This document shows positions 41,569 through 51,184 of a DNA stretch of 64,000 nucleotides, one piece after another (position 1 is the stretch's first letter; every line of letters starts with the position of its first letter). The position numbers were made by a program, and so were the translations under genes. The notes beneath the pieces are model-generated. The model did not search any database. It was not told the DNA's origin and worked only from the letters and a program-made list of their open reading frames with translations. Source of the DNA: Allomuricauda sp. (GTDB lineage Bacteria; Bacteroidota; Bacteroidia; Flavobacteriales; Flavobacteriaceae); NCBI GenBank assembly GCA_030148335.1, contig JASBTQ010000047.1, forward strand, positions 18,006 through 82,005, given 5' to 3'.

Positions 41569-41772
41569 AAGTATGTTAATATCTCAGGGAAACCTTCCAA
41601 AAATGGAAAGAACCTGAACCAAGACATTTTACGCATTATACCAATATTTTAAAGAACAATAAATAAAGGAGCCTATGATATAAAGATCTAAAACATTGTA
41701 AAACGAGAATTCGACAAATGACAATGTATTTGAGAACACTTTAAAACCATAATCACCAAACCATAACCACCT

Positions 41773-42840
41773 ATGGATTTTAAGCTCGAAGTACTAAATC
41801 TTGACGATAAGGATGGATTGCATACTTATACGAACCTGATCAAGGAAGAATGGGATAATAATCCCTACTATCTATACGATTATTTCCGCCATCACCGTAA
41901 TGGCACGAACAGGCTTATTGCCTTTAACTTTACGGTCGGTGGCAAATCGACCGTTGTAATGCCGATGGTTGTCAGGGAAATAGAGATGACGGACGAACCC
42001 TTGCTGGATGTAATCTCCCCCTATGGCTATAGTGGGCCCTTGTTCAAAAAAGATACGGCCCAACAAGTGGTAGAAACCTTTTGGAGTGCAGTTGACGACT
42101 GGTATCGGGAGAACCACATCATAACAGAGTTTGTAAGGTTCCACCTTAATGGTAACCATCAACACTATTCAGGCACCATATTGCCTACTCTTGACAATGT
42201 GTATGGAACGCTCATGGACACTTTCGATGCCCAATGGGAATCCTTTTTGCCAAAAGTAAGGAACAACTACCGAAAAGCGGCCAAGGCCGATCTTACAATG
42301 GGGTTTTTCTCCAATGACCACATTACCAAAGAGCACGTTTCAGATTTTTACCATATCTATGTCAGTACCATGGTACGCAACGAGGCTTCCAAAGCAATGT
42401 TCTTCTCTTTGGAACATTTTGAAAATCTGATACTTAACCACAATGAAAACTTTAGCTTGGTTTTTGTGTACACCAATGGCATTCCTGTGTCAACAGAATT
42501 GATAATCCATTTGGATGGCTGTATCTATGGCTATTTGGGCGGGACCTTGTCCGACTATTTCAATTACAGGCCCAACGACTTTTTGAGAGTGGAAGTGATC
42601 CGCTGGGGAATTGAAAGGGGTGATAAACACTATATACTGGGAGGCGGAATTACGAATGGGGATGGACTTTACAAATTCAAGAAGTCGCTTTTTCCAAATT
42701 CGTCGGACAGGATCTTTTATACCGGCAGAAAAATAGTAGACGTGGACGGGTATAATAGATTAAGTGAGCTTTCGTCGACCACTAGTAAAGAAACGGGAAA
42801 CCTTCCATTTTTCCCAATGTATCGGAAGAGCTCCATTTAA
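41773..42840 (+). CDS. FemAB-like GNAT protein A
   Basis: SPYGYSGP, KVRNNYRKA basic helix, LGGG...LYKFK. Confidence 0.85.
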   Translation: MDFKLEVLNLDDKDGLHTYTNLIKEEWDNNPYYLYDYFRHHRNGTNRLIAFNFTVGGKSTVVMPMVVREIEMTDEPLLDVISPYGYSGPLFKKDTAQQVVETFWSAVDDWYRENHIITEFVRFHLNGNHQHYSGTILPTLDNVYGTLMDTFDAQWESFLPKVRNNYRKAAKADLTMGFFSNDHITKEHVSDFYHIYVSTMVRNEASKAMFFSLEHFENLILNHNENFSLVFVYTNGIPVSTELIIHLDGCIYGYLGGTLSDYFNYRPNDFLRVEVIRWGIERGDKHYILGGGITNGDGLYKFKKSLFPNSSDRIFYTGRKIVDVDGYNRLSELSSTTSKETGNLPFFPMYRKSSI

Positions 42841-42851
42841 ATAGAAAAAGG

Positions 42852-43886
42852 ATGTTAGAAGTGATCACCCATAAAAATGATTGGGACCGGATAGTGAAAC
42901 GTTTCGGTGAAATTGACTTTTACCATTCCTTTGACTATCATAAGGCCAATGTAAAGGAGGATGAAACGCCTGTGTTGCTTTTCTATACTTCCAATGGGGT
43001 TTCCATCGCATTTCCTTTGGTGGTTCGCCCCATCAATGACAGTGGCTATTTTGATGTAACATCTGTATATGGTTATGTTGGTCCTTTGGTAACAAAAATA
43101 GATGGGTGGAAGGATACGCTATCCGAATGGCATCAACAGTTGGTTATATTTTTTGCAAAGAACAGAATAGTCAGTGCTTTTTCCAGTATGAACCCATTCA
43201 TCAGCGAACAGAACAGTCTTCTTTTAGGACTCGGCGAGGTTGAGAACTTGGGACGAATTGTGTATCTCGATCTGGAAAAGTCCGGTAATCATATGAAAGA
43301 GTACTCTCAAACGACCATGAGGTACGTCAAACGGAACCAGCAACTTTTTGATATCCTGGAGGGAAAAACGGAAAAGGATGCCCTACTGTTCATGGATATC
43401 TATTACCAAACTATGGATAGGATCCATGCAGATCCCAACTACTACTTCAAGCTCCCCTATTTCATGGGTTTGGTCCAGAATGATGAGTTTGACGCCCGGT
43501 TTGTATTTGCCGTTTCCAAGGATTCGAAGGAAGTTGCTGCCGGGGCCTTCATTGTGTCTACCCAAAACCGTATCATACAATATCACCTATCAGGCACCTC
43601 AGACAAATATCGTCACCTCTCCCCCATCCGCACAGTGATCGACCATGTCAGGAAATTGGGTGTTTCAAATGGCCATCGCTATTTTAATCTTGGTGGCGGT
43701 GTTGGCAGCAAAAATGACTCGCTATATGAGTTCAAGACCTCTTTCTCCCAAAACAGTGTCCCTTTTCAGGTATGGAAGTTTATTGCCGATTGGGAAGCTT
43801 ATGACAGGCTTTGCCAAAAGTATCCCTCCGAACCCAATTCGGGAAAACCCAATTATTTTCCAAAATACCGGAGCAACTTAAAATAA
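42852..43886 (+). CDS. FemAB-like GNAT protein B (peptidoglycan-bridge glycyltransferase-like family)
   Basis: SVYGYVGP, YHLSG, NLGGG...LYEFK, YFPKYR. Confidence 0.85.
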   Translation: MLEVITHKNDWDRIVKRFGEIDFYHSFDYHKANVKEDETPVLLFYTSNGVSIAFPLVVRPINDSGYFDVTSVYGYVGPLVTKIDGWKDTLSEWHQQLVIFFAKNRIVSAFSSMNPFISEQNSLLLGLGEVENLGRIVYLDLEKSGNHMKEYSQTTMRYVKRNQQLFDILEGKTEKDALLFMDIYYQTMDRIHADPNYYFKLPYFMGLVQNDEFDARFVFAVSKDSKEVAAGAFIVSTQNRIIQYHLSGTSDKYRHLSPIRTVIDHVRKLGVSNGHRYFNLGGGVGSKNDSLYEFKTSFSQNSVPFQVWKFIADWEAYDRLCQKYPSEPNSGKPNYFPKYRSNLK

Positions 43887-43945
43887 GGTGCTGAAAGTAT
43901 TCAATTTTGACAGGAATCGGCCACCCCTGGACCATTCGTAACAAT

Positions 43946-44605
43946 TCACTCGACAACTTGGTCCTGGTTACTGGAAAAAACACCTTCGGACATTTGTTTT
44001 TTGCGATAGCTGTCAAAATGTTCGATAAAGGCGTCGGGATCTTCTGCAACATCTTTTCCTGTGACTGCCTTTTTGAAAGTTTCCACCAAAATCTTAATAT
44101 CCATGCCCAGGCTCACATTCCTGACATATTCCACATCCAGACCGAACCTTTCCTCCCACGTGAGATAGTTCCTTCCTGAAATCTGGGCAAGGCCTGTTAT
44201 ACCCGGCCGTACAGTATGCCTCAGTTTTTCGACCTCATTGTAGTAGGGAAGATAGAAGGTCCGCAATGGCCTTGGACCTACCAAGCTCATATCACCTTTA
44301 AGTATATTGAAGAGTTGGGGAATCTCGTCCAAAGAGGTTTTCCTTATCAACCTCCCCATTTTGGTGATCCGTTGATTGTCCGGAAGCAGATTGCCTGTTT
44401 TGTCCCTTTTATCGTTCATGGTCTTGAACTTAAGGATAGTGAAGATCTTTTCATCCTTTCCAGGCCTATCCTGCCTAAAAAAAGGATTGCCCTGAAAGTC
44501 GATCCATAAAACAATGGTTATGACAATGAAAAAAGGGGAAAGTAGTATAATCCCAAAAAGAGATATCAGAAAGTCAAGAAACCTTTTTAAACCATTCTTA
44601 TACAC
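43946..44605 (-). CDS. Initiating phosphoglycosyl transferase (PglC-like) 2
   Basis: KFKTM, SLDEIPQ, GDMSLVGPRP, PGITGLAQ. The GTG start at 44605 avoids overlap; ATG 44647 is the alternative. Confidence 0.92.
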   Translation of the reverse strand: MYKNGLKRFLDFLISLFGIILLSPFFIVITIVLWIDFQGNPFFRQDRPGKDEKIFTILKFKTMNDKRDKTGNLLPDNQRITKMGRLIRKTSLDEIPQLFNILKGDMSLVGPRPLRTFYLPYYNEVEKLRHTVRPGITGLAQISGRNYLTWEERFGLDVEYVRNVSLGMDIKILVETFKKAVTGKDVAEDPDAFIEHFDSYRKKQMSEGVFSSNQDQVVE

Positions 44606-44615
44606 ATCAACTTGT

Positions 44616-45275
44616 TTAATGTTTCTGTTGCTTTTGCCAATTCCCATCCTCCATCATCTTCATTGTATCAATTATAATATCCAGCCCTTTAAGGGAGAAT
44701 TTCGGGTACAAGGTTTCAAACGTATCCGTTTGTTCGATTCGGATGGGTTCCTGACACAGGATGACGCCCCTGTCAAACTTGTCATCTATGATATGGGTCG
44801 TTATTCCAGATACCTTCACGCCATAGTCCAATGCATCCTGAATTGCAGTTTTTGTTGCCAAAAAACTAGGGAACAGTGACGGATGGATGTTAACAATCCT
44901 ATTGGGAAAAGCTTGTAGCATGTCATCAAGGACCAAATGTTGGAATCCCAATAGGAACACGTGTGTGATTTTTTCCTGTTCCAATATCCTCAGGATTTCC
45001 ATCTGATGTTTTTTTTTGTTTCCAAACTTGTCCTTTGGCAAAAAAACTGTCTTTATCCCATACTTTTCCGCTTCAATGGCCGCACCACATTCTTCTTGTT
45101 CATAAATCAATACGCCTATTTTGTCGGTAAGATCTCTTTCTGCATACCAATTGATGGCATCCTTCGCATTTTTGCCCCAAAAACTGCACAAAAAGGCCCA
45201 TTTGATTGTTTGCCCGCTCATGATTCCCTTGGATTGATCGTATTGTTCTTTGTAGGCTCCCACATATTTTTTCAA
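44616..45275 (-). CDS. N10-formyl-THF-dependent formyltransferase (PurN fold, probably a sugar N-formyltransferase)
   Basis: IVNIHPSL and THIIDDKFDRG catalytic motifs; lacks the PurN SGxGSN loop. Confidence 0.8.
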   Translation of the reverse strand: MKKYVGAYKEQYDQSKGIMSGQTIKWAFLCSFWGKNAKDAINWYAERDLTDKIGVLIYEQEECGAAIEAEKYGIKTVFLPKDKFGNKKKHQMEILRILEQEKITHVFLLGFQHLVLDDMLQAFPNRIVNIHPSLFPSFLATKTAIQDALDYGVKVSGITTHIIDDKFDRGVILCQEPIRIEQTDTFETLYPKFSLKGLDIIIDTMKMMEDGNWQKQQKH

Positions 45276-45521
45276 TTCATTATCAATAACTTAACTTAGA
45301 TTTCATCCCTGTTTTGCCCAAAGACAGAAGCGTTTTCCTTCCCTGGCTCATCAGCCAACTAATATAAGCGTAAGTACCGATACCAAACAAGTCATTGGGA
45401 GTAACCAATAACAGCTGGGCAATAGTTATGGTTGTTTATCGATCAAAGCTTCAACATCAGCCTTTTTGTGGTTTTTGACTTCCTTTTTAGCATTATTTTT
45501 ATCCAGTATCAAGGACAACCT

Positions 45522-46967
45522 ATGCTTTTCAACTCTTTTGAATTTCTGATTTTCTTCCCAGTTGTATTAATCTTGTACTATGTGTTGCCACATCGAAGCC
45601 GTTGGTTGTTTTTGGTACTGGCCAGTTATTATTTTTATGCTGTCGGGGAGCCATACCTGATTGGTTTGCTCATGTTTTCCACGTTGACAGATTATTATTG
45701 TGGGCTGAAAATCGGAACCACTGAAAACCAGAGAACCAAAAGAATCTTTTTATGGACCAGTATCATAATCAATATAGGGATTCTGGTCAGCTTTAAATAT
45801 TTGTTTTTTCTATGGGACTCGTTCAATGGATTGTTGGAACAGTTCGGAATCCAAGTAGAGGCAGCTGAAAAGATACAAGGGTATCGAATTGACCAGGTCC
45901 TTTTACCCATCGGAATCAGTTTCTACACTTTCCAAACCATGAGCTATACCATAGACGTGTACAGGGGAAATGTAAATCCTGAGAAACACTTTGGCCGATT
46001 TGCCCTCTTCGTGGCCTTTTTTCCACAATTGGTGGCCGGTCCTATCGAACGGGCCTCCCGAATGTTGCCACAATTCAAAAAAATTGTACTCCCTGATGCC
46101 GATCAAATAAAGAGAGGCCTCATTTTTATGGCTTGGGGTTTTTTCATGAAGATTGTCGTGGCAGACCGATTGGGCATGTATGTTGATGTTGCCTATGCCG
46201 ATCCCGAGGGAAACAGGGGCCTGCCCTTGATCCTGGCCGCTTTCTTTTTCGTCTTTCAGATCTATTTTGATTTTGCAGCCTATACCTATATTGCCATTGG
46301 TGCTGCAAAGTGCATGGGAATCACCTTGATCAACAACTTTAACAGGCCGCTGTTCTCCCAGAGCATTTCCCAGTTTTGGCAACGTTGGCACATCTCACTG
46401 ACCCATTGGATCCGGGACTATTTATATCGTCCCCTTACAAGAAATGCAAATATCGACCGGGCATTGGCCGTTTTGATCGTCTTTTCTGTCATGGGACTAT
46501 GGCACGGGGCCAACTGGACCTTTGTCGTGTGGGGAATTCTCAATGCCGTGTTCTTGATTGTAGAAATGATGACCTACACCCTTCGAAAACGAATATTTGA
46601 ATTTTTGGGCGCGGGTCCAAGGATAAGGGGACTTTTGGGTTGGGGGGCTGCATTTTCATTTATGCTTCTCTCCCTTATATTCTTTAGGGCACCAAGTATT
46701 GGGGATGCCGTGACATATTTCCAGAATCTCTTTATTTGGCCCAACCTTCACTTTAACATCCTCAACAATTATTTTGAGCTGATTTTGAGCTTTGCTTTGA
46801 TTTTAGGGGTACAGTTGGTGCATTATTACAAAGGAAACAATAAAATTTATGAATTGGTCGAGGCGAAATCTGTATGGGCCAGATGGTCCATTTATTTTAT
46901 CTATCTGATACTTATATTGCTGTTCGGGGTGAACAGCCAACAGAGTTTCATCTATTTTCAATTTTGA
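45522..46967 (+). CDS. MBOAT acyltransferase 1 (AlgI/DltB/PatA-like)
   Basis: MLFNS start, PIGISFYTFQ, FPQLVAGPIER, FWQRWHISL, GLWHGA, C-terminal FIYFQF. Confidence 0.95.
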   Translation: MLFNSFEFLIFFPVVLILYYVLPHRSRWLFLVLASYYFYAVGEPYLIGLLMFSTLTDYYCGLKIGTTENQRTKRIFLWTSIIINIGILVSFKYLFFLWDSFNGLLEQFGIQVEAAEKIQGYRIDQVLLPIGISFYTFQTMSYTIDVYRGNVNPEKHFGRFALFVAFFPQLVAGPIERASRMLPQFKKIVLPDADQIKRGLIFMAWGFFMKIVVADRLGMYVDVAYADPEGNRGLPLILAAFFFVFQIYFDFAAYTYIAIGAAKCMGITLINNFNRPLFSQSISQFWQRWHISLTHWIRDYLYRPLTRNANIDRALAVLIVFSVMGLWHGANWTFVVWGILNAVFLIVEMMTYTLRKRIFEFLGAGPRIRGLLGWGAAFSFMLLSLIFFRAPSIGDAVTYFQNLFIWPNLHFNILNNYFELILSFALILGVQLVHYYKGNNKIYELVEAKSVWARWSIYFIYLILILLFGVNSQQSFIYFQF

Positions 46968-46974
46968 TCCTACC

Positions 46975-47931
46975 ATGAAGAAATTAATTATAAAGACAAT
47001 TTTTTTCTGTTCGATTCTGGGGGGAGGCTATTTTCTACTGGTTGATCAACTCTCCAAAGGCTATGTGGACATGACTTACCAGAAATTCACCCAGGAAGCC
47101 GGCAGCCTCATCATTGGCCTTTCCAGGGCAGATCTTGGCATTGATCCCGAAACCATTGAGGACCATATACCAGAAGAAACCTTTAACGGACCTTTGATAA
47201 ACTTTGCCTCCAACCAATACAATTTTGGGGAAACTTATTTCAAGGCCATAAAGAGGAAGCTCAATACAGCACCTGGAAAACGAATTTTCATAATCACGGT
47301 TTCTCCAGGAAGTTTTACGGCACCAATGGGTTTCGGGTACAAGGGAATCGCTGCAATGGATTCAAAAACGGGAATTGGAAAAACCAAGGATTTCACATCC
47401 AACCCCAATTACAGTTATATAATGAACTGTTACGGAAACGGGCTATACACTGCCCTGATTGAAAATCGAGATTGGGATAACCTCACCGCCCACAACAATG
47501 GTTGGAACGAAATATCCCTAGAATCCAAGTCCACACCCATAGGCAAGACGCTCATGGGAGATTGGAAAAGACAGAATCTTGCCTACTATCATCGGCAATT
47601 GTCCCAGTTAGAAATAAAGCCCTACCGCAAGGAATGGTTTGTGAAAACCATTGAGTTTCTCAAAAGTGAGGGGTCAGTCTATTTGGTAAGAATGCCAGTT
47701 GACCGGGAAATTCTTAATTTCGAAAACCAAAGTTGGAAGGAATTCAACAGCTATATCCGGGGTGTCGCATTGGAGAAAAATATCCCCTATTTTGATTATT
47801 CCCAGGAAGGAGGAAAGTTTGCAACCTATGATGGCTCTCACCTATACTCCGAAACGGCCAAGGAATTCAGCACTCAATTGGCAAAGGATATCCTAAGAAA
47901 TGGCTGGACCACGGAGGCGTATGAACCCTGA
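46975..47931 (+). CDS. Membrane-anchored SGNH-like acyl relay protein 1 (DltD-like)
   Basis: N-terminal TM, IIGLSRA (block I Ser), DGSHL (DxxH); 7 bp after the MBOAT gene. Confidence 0.75.
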   Translation: MKKLIIKTIFFCSILGGGYFLLVDQLSKGYVDMTYQKFTQEAGSLIIGLSRADLGIDPETIEDHIPEETFNGPLINFASNQYNFGETYFKAIKRKLNTAPGKRIFIITVSPGSFTAPMGFGYKGIAAMDSKTGIGKTKDFTSNPNYSYIMNCYGNGLYTALIENRDWDNLTAHNNGWNEISLESKSTPIGKTLMGDWKRQNLAYYHRQLSQLEIKPYRKEWFVKTIEFLKSEGSVYLVRMPVDREILNFENQSWKEFNSYIRGVALEKNIPYFDYSQEGGKFATYDGSHLYSETAKEFSTQLAKDILRNGWTTEAYEP

Positions 47932-47953
47932 AACCGATATCTAGAAATCCAGT

Positions 47954-48958
47954 ATGAAGTTCAGTTCCTCATATCAGAACAAAACTTTCAAGTCCATTTG
48001 GTTGAAACATTTCCACCCAGAAGGGGAATTATTGGCCCAGGAATTTATTACAGGTGTTGAGTTTTGCAAATCCAGGACCGCTCTCCTATGGATGAATGTC
48101 GGGGGTACAAATACCAAGGGGGTGTCCTATGGGGTCAATCCAAAGGGGGACCTTGGGGCCCTGAAGAACAAAGTGCTTCTTATCCATGATGTTCCCGATC
48201 TGCAAGCACCCGAGGCCAGGTCTGTTCATGGATTCCGCTTTAAAAAGGTTCCACAATACCCAGGCTTTTTTTGCGATTTTGGAGCTTGTACCACCCTAGA
48301 AGACTACATGGCCCAACAAATCAGTAAACGCACCAGTTCAAAACTCAGAAACTACAGGAACAGATTGCATAGGGACCATAAGATAGCTTACAGAATGGTA
48401 TGGGGCGATATTTCCTTTGAGGAATATGAAACCTTGTTCGAGCAATTTCACTCCCTATTGCTCAAGAGGTTTGAAGACAAACAAATTGTGAACAATAATC
48501 TCGACCCCTCTGAATGGCAATTTTATAAGGCAGTGACCTTTCCCATGCTGAAGGACAAAGAGGCCGGCATGTTTGTCACCTATATTGAGGACCGTCCCGT
48601 AGCGATCACACTTTTAAATTTTTCGGAGAATCGGGCCTTTGATGTCATAAGGGTCTTTGATATAGCCTTTTCCAAGTACCGTATCGGGACCCTCAGCCTA
48701 ATGGAACAGATTGAATGGTGTATTGGGAACAATTTCAAGATCCTGGATTTCTCAAAAGGATTTTACGAGTATAAAAAACAATGGTGCAATAGCTCATATA
48801 TGTTTGAATATCACATTTGGTACGATTCCAGAAATTTGAAGAGCAACCTCCTGGCCAGGACATTGGCCCTTAAGTTCATTCTCAAGTTCTGGGCGCGAAA
48901 ATATAACCTCCAGGAAACCGTTCATAAAATACGATATAGGTTTAGACCAAAATCTTGA
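47954..48958 (+). CDS. GNAT array paralogue 1 (Acetyltransf_6/FemAB-like, short form)
   Basis: DVP, QYPG, SKRTSSKLRNYRNRL, KRFEDK, DFSKGFYEYKKQW. Confidence 0.85.
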   Translation: MKFSSSYQNKTFKSIWLKHFHPEGELLAQEFITGVEFCKSRTALLWMNVGGTNTKGVSYGVNPKGDLGALKNKVLLIHDVPDLQAPEARSVHGFRFKKVPQYPGFFCDFGACTTLEDYMAQQISKRTSSKLRNYRNRLHRDHKIAYRMVWGDISFEEYETLFEQFHSLLLKRFEDKQIVNNNLDPSEWQFYKAVTFPMLKDKEAGMFVTYIEDRPVAITLLNFSENRAFDVIRVFDIAFSKYRIGTLSLMEQIEWCIGNNFKILDFSKGFYEYKKQWCNSSYMFEYHIWYDSRNLKSNLLARTLALKFILKFWARKYNLQETVHKIRYRFRPKS

Positions 48959-48974
48959 AATACTAAAATATACG

Positions 48975-49952
48975 ATGAGCAAAGGTTCCAACATGCAGAT
49001 CCATGAATGCATCTTTCAGTTCTATCTGGAACATCGCGTCCATGGTATGTGTACCGGAAAGGTCCACAACAGGCTTTTGGGCGGCTCTCTAAACTCCATT
49101 ACCCTGGACCGTGCAAACATCTACAAGGGCCTTAATCTGGTCAAGGATATACCGGATTACCTCTATTTTGAGACCAAATTGCCCGTTGGAATAAAATCCC
49201 TGCGTGTTCCCCAATACCATGGCTCCTTGGTAAACTTGGAAGCATATACTGGAATTGAGGATTTTCTTCGAGGACAATTGAGCAGGCGTAACATAAAGAA
49301 TTTCAAGGCAAAAAAGAAAAAACTGGAAAGCTTGGGGGCGGTGGAGTACAAAGTATTGATGGGGCCTTTACAGGAAAGAGTCTATAAAGAGGCTTTTGAA
49401 ACCTTCCATGAACTTTTAAAAAGAAGGTTCGACAAAAAGAAGATCCTGAACCGGTATCTCATGGACTGGCAGGGGCTGTACCTTCAGGCATATCCAAGAT
49501 TGGTGGAGGGAAAGGCCCTATTGTTCCTTATCCAAGTGGACGGAAAACCCATCGGGATGGCCCTGGATTATATTCTTGAATCCAGTGTCTTCAGCCATAT
49601 ACAGACCTTTGACCAGGAGTATTCCAAATATAATGTGGGGGACCTCATGCTGTATTTTCAATTGGAATGGTGCCTGGACCACGAAAAATCGATTCTCGAC
49701 CTTTCCAAGGGCGAGAGCGCATATAAGGAAAAATGGTGCAACCATAGGTACCGTCTATACCATGATCTGATCTATCCCAAGAATTCCCTTTCACTGACCC
49801 TATGTGCACGTGCCTTGGCCCTGAAGTATAACACGATTCAAAAACTAAGGGACCTTGGGGTATTGGGAAATATAATCAACGTTGACCAATGGCTCTATAA
49901 AAGGCATAGGAAAACATTCAACGATCCAATTCAGTCCAATAGCCCCCTTTAG
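48975..49952 (+). CDS. GNAT array paralogue 2 (short form)
   Basis: DIPDY, QYHG, RRFDKK, DLSKGESAYKEKW. Confidence 0.85.
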   Translation: MSKGSNMQIHECIFQFYLEHRVHGMCTGKVHNRLLGGSLNSITLDRANIYKGLNLVKDIPDYLYFETKLPVGIKSLRVPQYHGSLVNLEAYTGIEDFLRGQLSRRNIKNFKAKKKKLESLGAVEYKVLMGPLQERVYKEAFETFHELLKRRFDKKKILNRYLMDWQGLYLQAYPRLVEGKALLFLIQVDGKPIGMALDYILESSVFSHIQTFDQEYSKYNVGDLMLYFQLEWCLDHEKSILDLSKGESAYKEKWCNHRYRLYHDLIYPKNSLSLTLCARALALKYNTIQKLRDLGVLGNIINVDQWLYKRHRKTFNDPIQSNSPL

Positions 49953-49954
49953 CC

Positions 49955-51184
49955 ATGTTCAAAGGTAAGCACAAACTTTTCAGAGCCGTGGATTTTCATG
50001 AATCCACCCTTCTACACAGAAAGGGAGCTTCACTATTTGAATCCTTGAGCAATATGTTTACCGGGGAGTGTATCCAATTTGTGGAAACGGAAAACACGGC
50101 ATCCCAAAAGAATCTGGATAAGCCCTTGCTCCTATCCAGCATGCCCGGATATATGAAGGGACAATATGTTCGTGGTGGCAGCTTGAAGGTCAAAACGATA
50201 AAAACCTTCCCCGGTTCCCTGATCAACCTAAAGGCGTACCCAAATTATAGATCCTATCTGGATATGCGTTTCACCGGCAAGCAACGAGCCCAGTTCAGAA
50301 GCTCCAAAGCCCTGCTCCACCATTGCTTTGAAATTGTGCACATGGTGTATTTCGGGGCCATTGACAAGCCAGAATACGACCGGCTTTTTGAGACACTGAA
50401 AGAAATGCATTTGGTCCGTTTGGCGCATAAGGGCTGTACGGATGACACCGCTGGGATGTGGGCCCTGTACCAAGCAAGTGCCTACCAACAAATTTTGGAC
50501 CAAGAGGCCTGCCTTTCGGTAGTCTATCACGGGGATAGACCTATTGCCATAAGCCTAAATTTTATCCTAGGGAAGGTTGTGCACGGTTTTAACCGAAGCT
50601 TTGACATGGCCTATTCCAAATTCGGCCTGGGAACCATCGAGTTGTTGAACATGGTGGAATGGTGTTTTGGGCAGGGATTCGAAATCCTTGATTTCATGAA
50701 AGGGGAATACAATTATAAAAACAAATTCACTGACACTCCCTATTCTTTTACCCTTCAATTGGTTTTTGGAAACAATATTTGGTGGCCAAAACTAAAAGGA
50801 TTGTCCTTATATTATAGCCTTTCAGTATTTTATACCCTCTATAATGTTATACGGTCCGTAGGACTTCTTAAATTATGGCACACTCTGTCCAAACCAAGGA
50901 ACATAAAACCCCAATTGAATGGCCAGGTTCATCTACGGGAATTGGAACATACCGGACAGGGCCCATTGGAGCATGATAGCTTTATGGTGGATTGGTCTGA
51001 AATTGCCTCCCCCAATCTTAGAAAGGCCATTTGTGATTTTTGCCATAAAAACAAAAAGCCCTTAAAAAGTATAAACCTGTTCTCCTTTTCGGAAACACCT
51101 TCCACCATTATATTGATGGAGGGATCTCAAATGCTGTTGATCATGGGAAACAAGGACCAAAATTTCCGAAAATCCAAATCATGA
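49955..51184 (+). CDS. GNAT array paralogue 3 (long form)
   Basis: SMPGY, GSLINL, RLAHK, DFMKGEYNYKNKF, plus an extra C-terminal domain. Confidence 0.85.
   Translation: MFKGKHKLFRAVDFHESTLLHRKGASLFESLSNMFTGECIQFVETENTASQKNLDKPLLLSSMPGYMKGQYVRGGSLKVKTIKTFPGSLINLKAYPNYRSYLDMRFTGKQRAQFRSSKALLHHCFEIVHMVYFGAIDKPEYDRLFETLKEMHLVRLAHKGCTDDTAGMWALYQASAYQQILDQEACLSVVYHGDRPIAISLNFILGKVVHGFNRSFDMAYSKFGLGTIELLNMVEWCFGQGFEILDFMKGEYNYKNKFTDTPYSFTLQLVFGNNIWWPKLKGLSLYYSLSVFYTLYNVIRSVGLLKLWHTLSKPRNIKPQLNGQVHLRELEHTGQGPLEHDSFMVDWSEIASPNLRKAICDFCHKNKKPLKSINLFSFSETPSTIILMEGSQMLLIMGNKDQNFRKSKS

Noticed and set aside
44616-45275. purN annotation
   Set aside because: It lacks the GAR phosphate-binding loop and sits with a sugar transferase rather than pur genes.
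45276-45521. Invertible promoter (Bacteroides-style) between the formyltransferase and MBOAT1
   Set aside because: Only a 7-bp inverted match (TTGCCCA/TGGGCAA) was seen, which is expected by chance, and no invertase is in the window.
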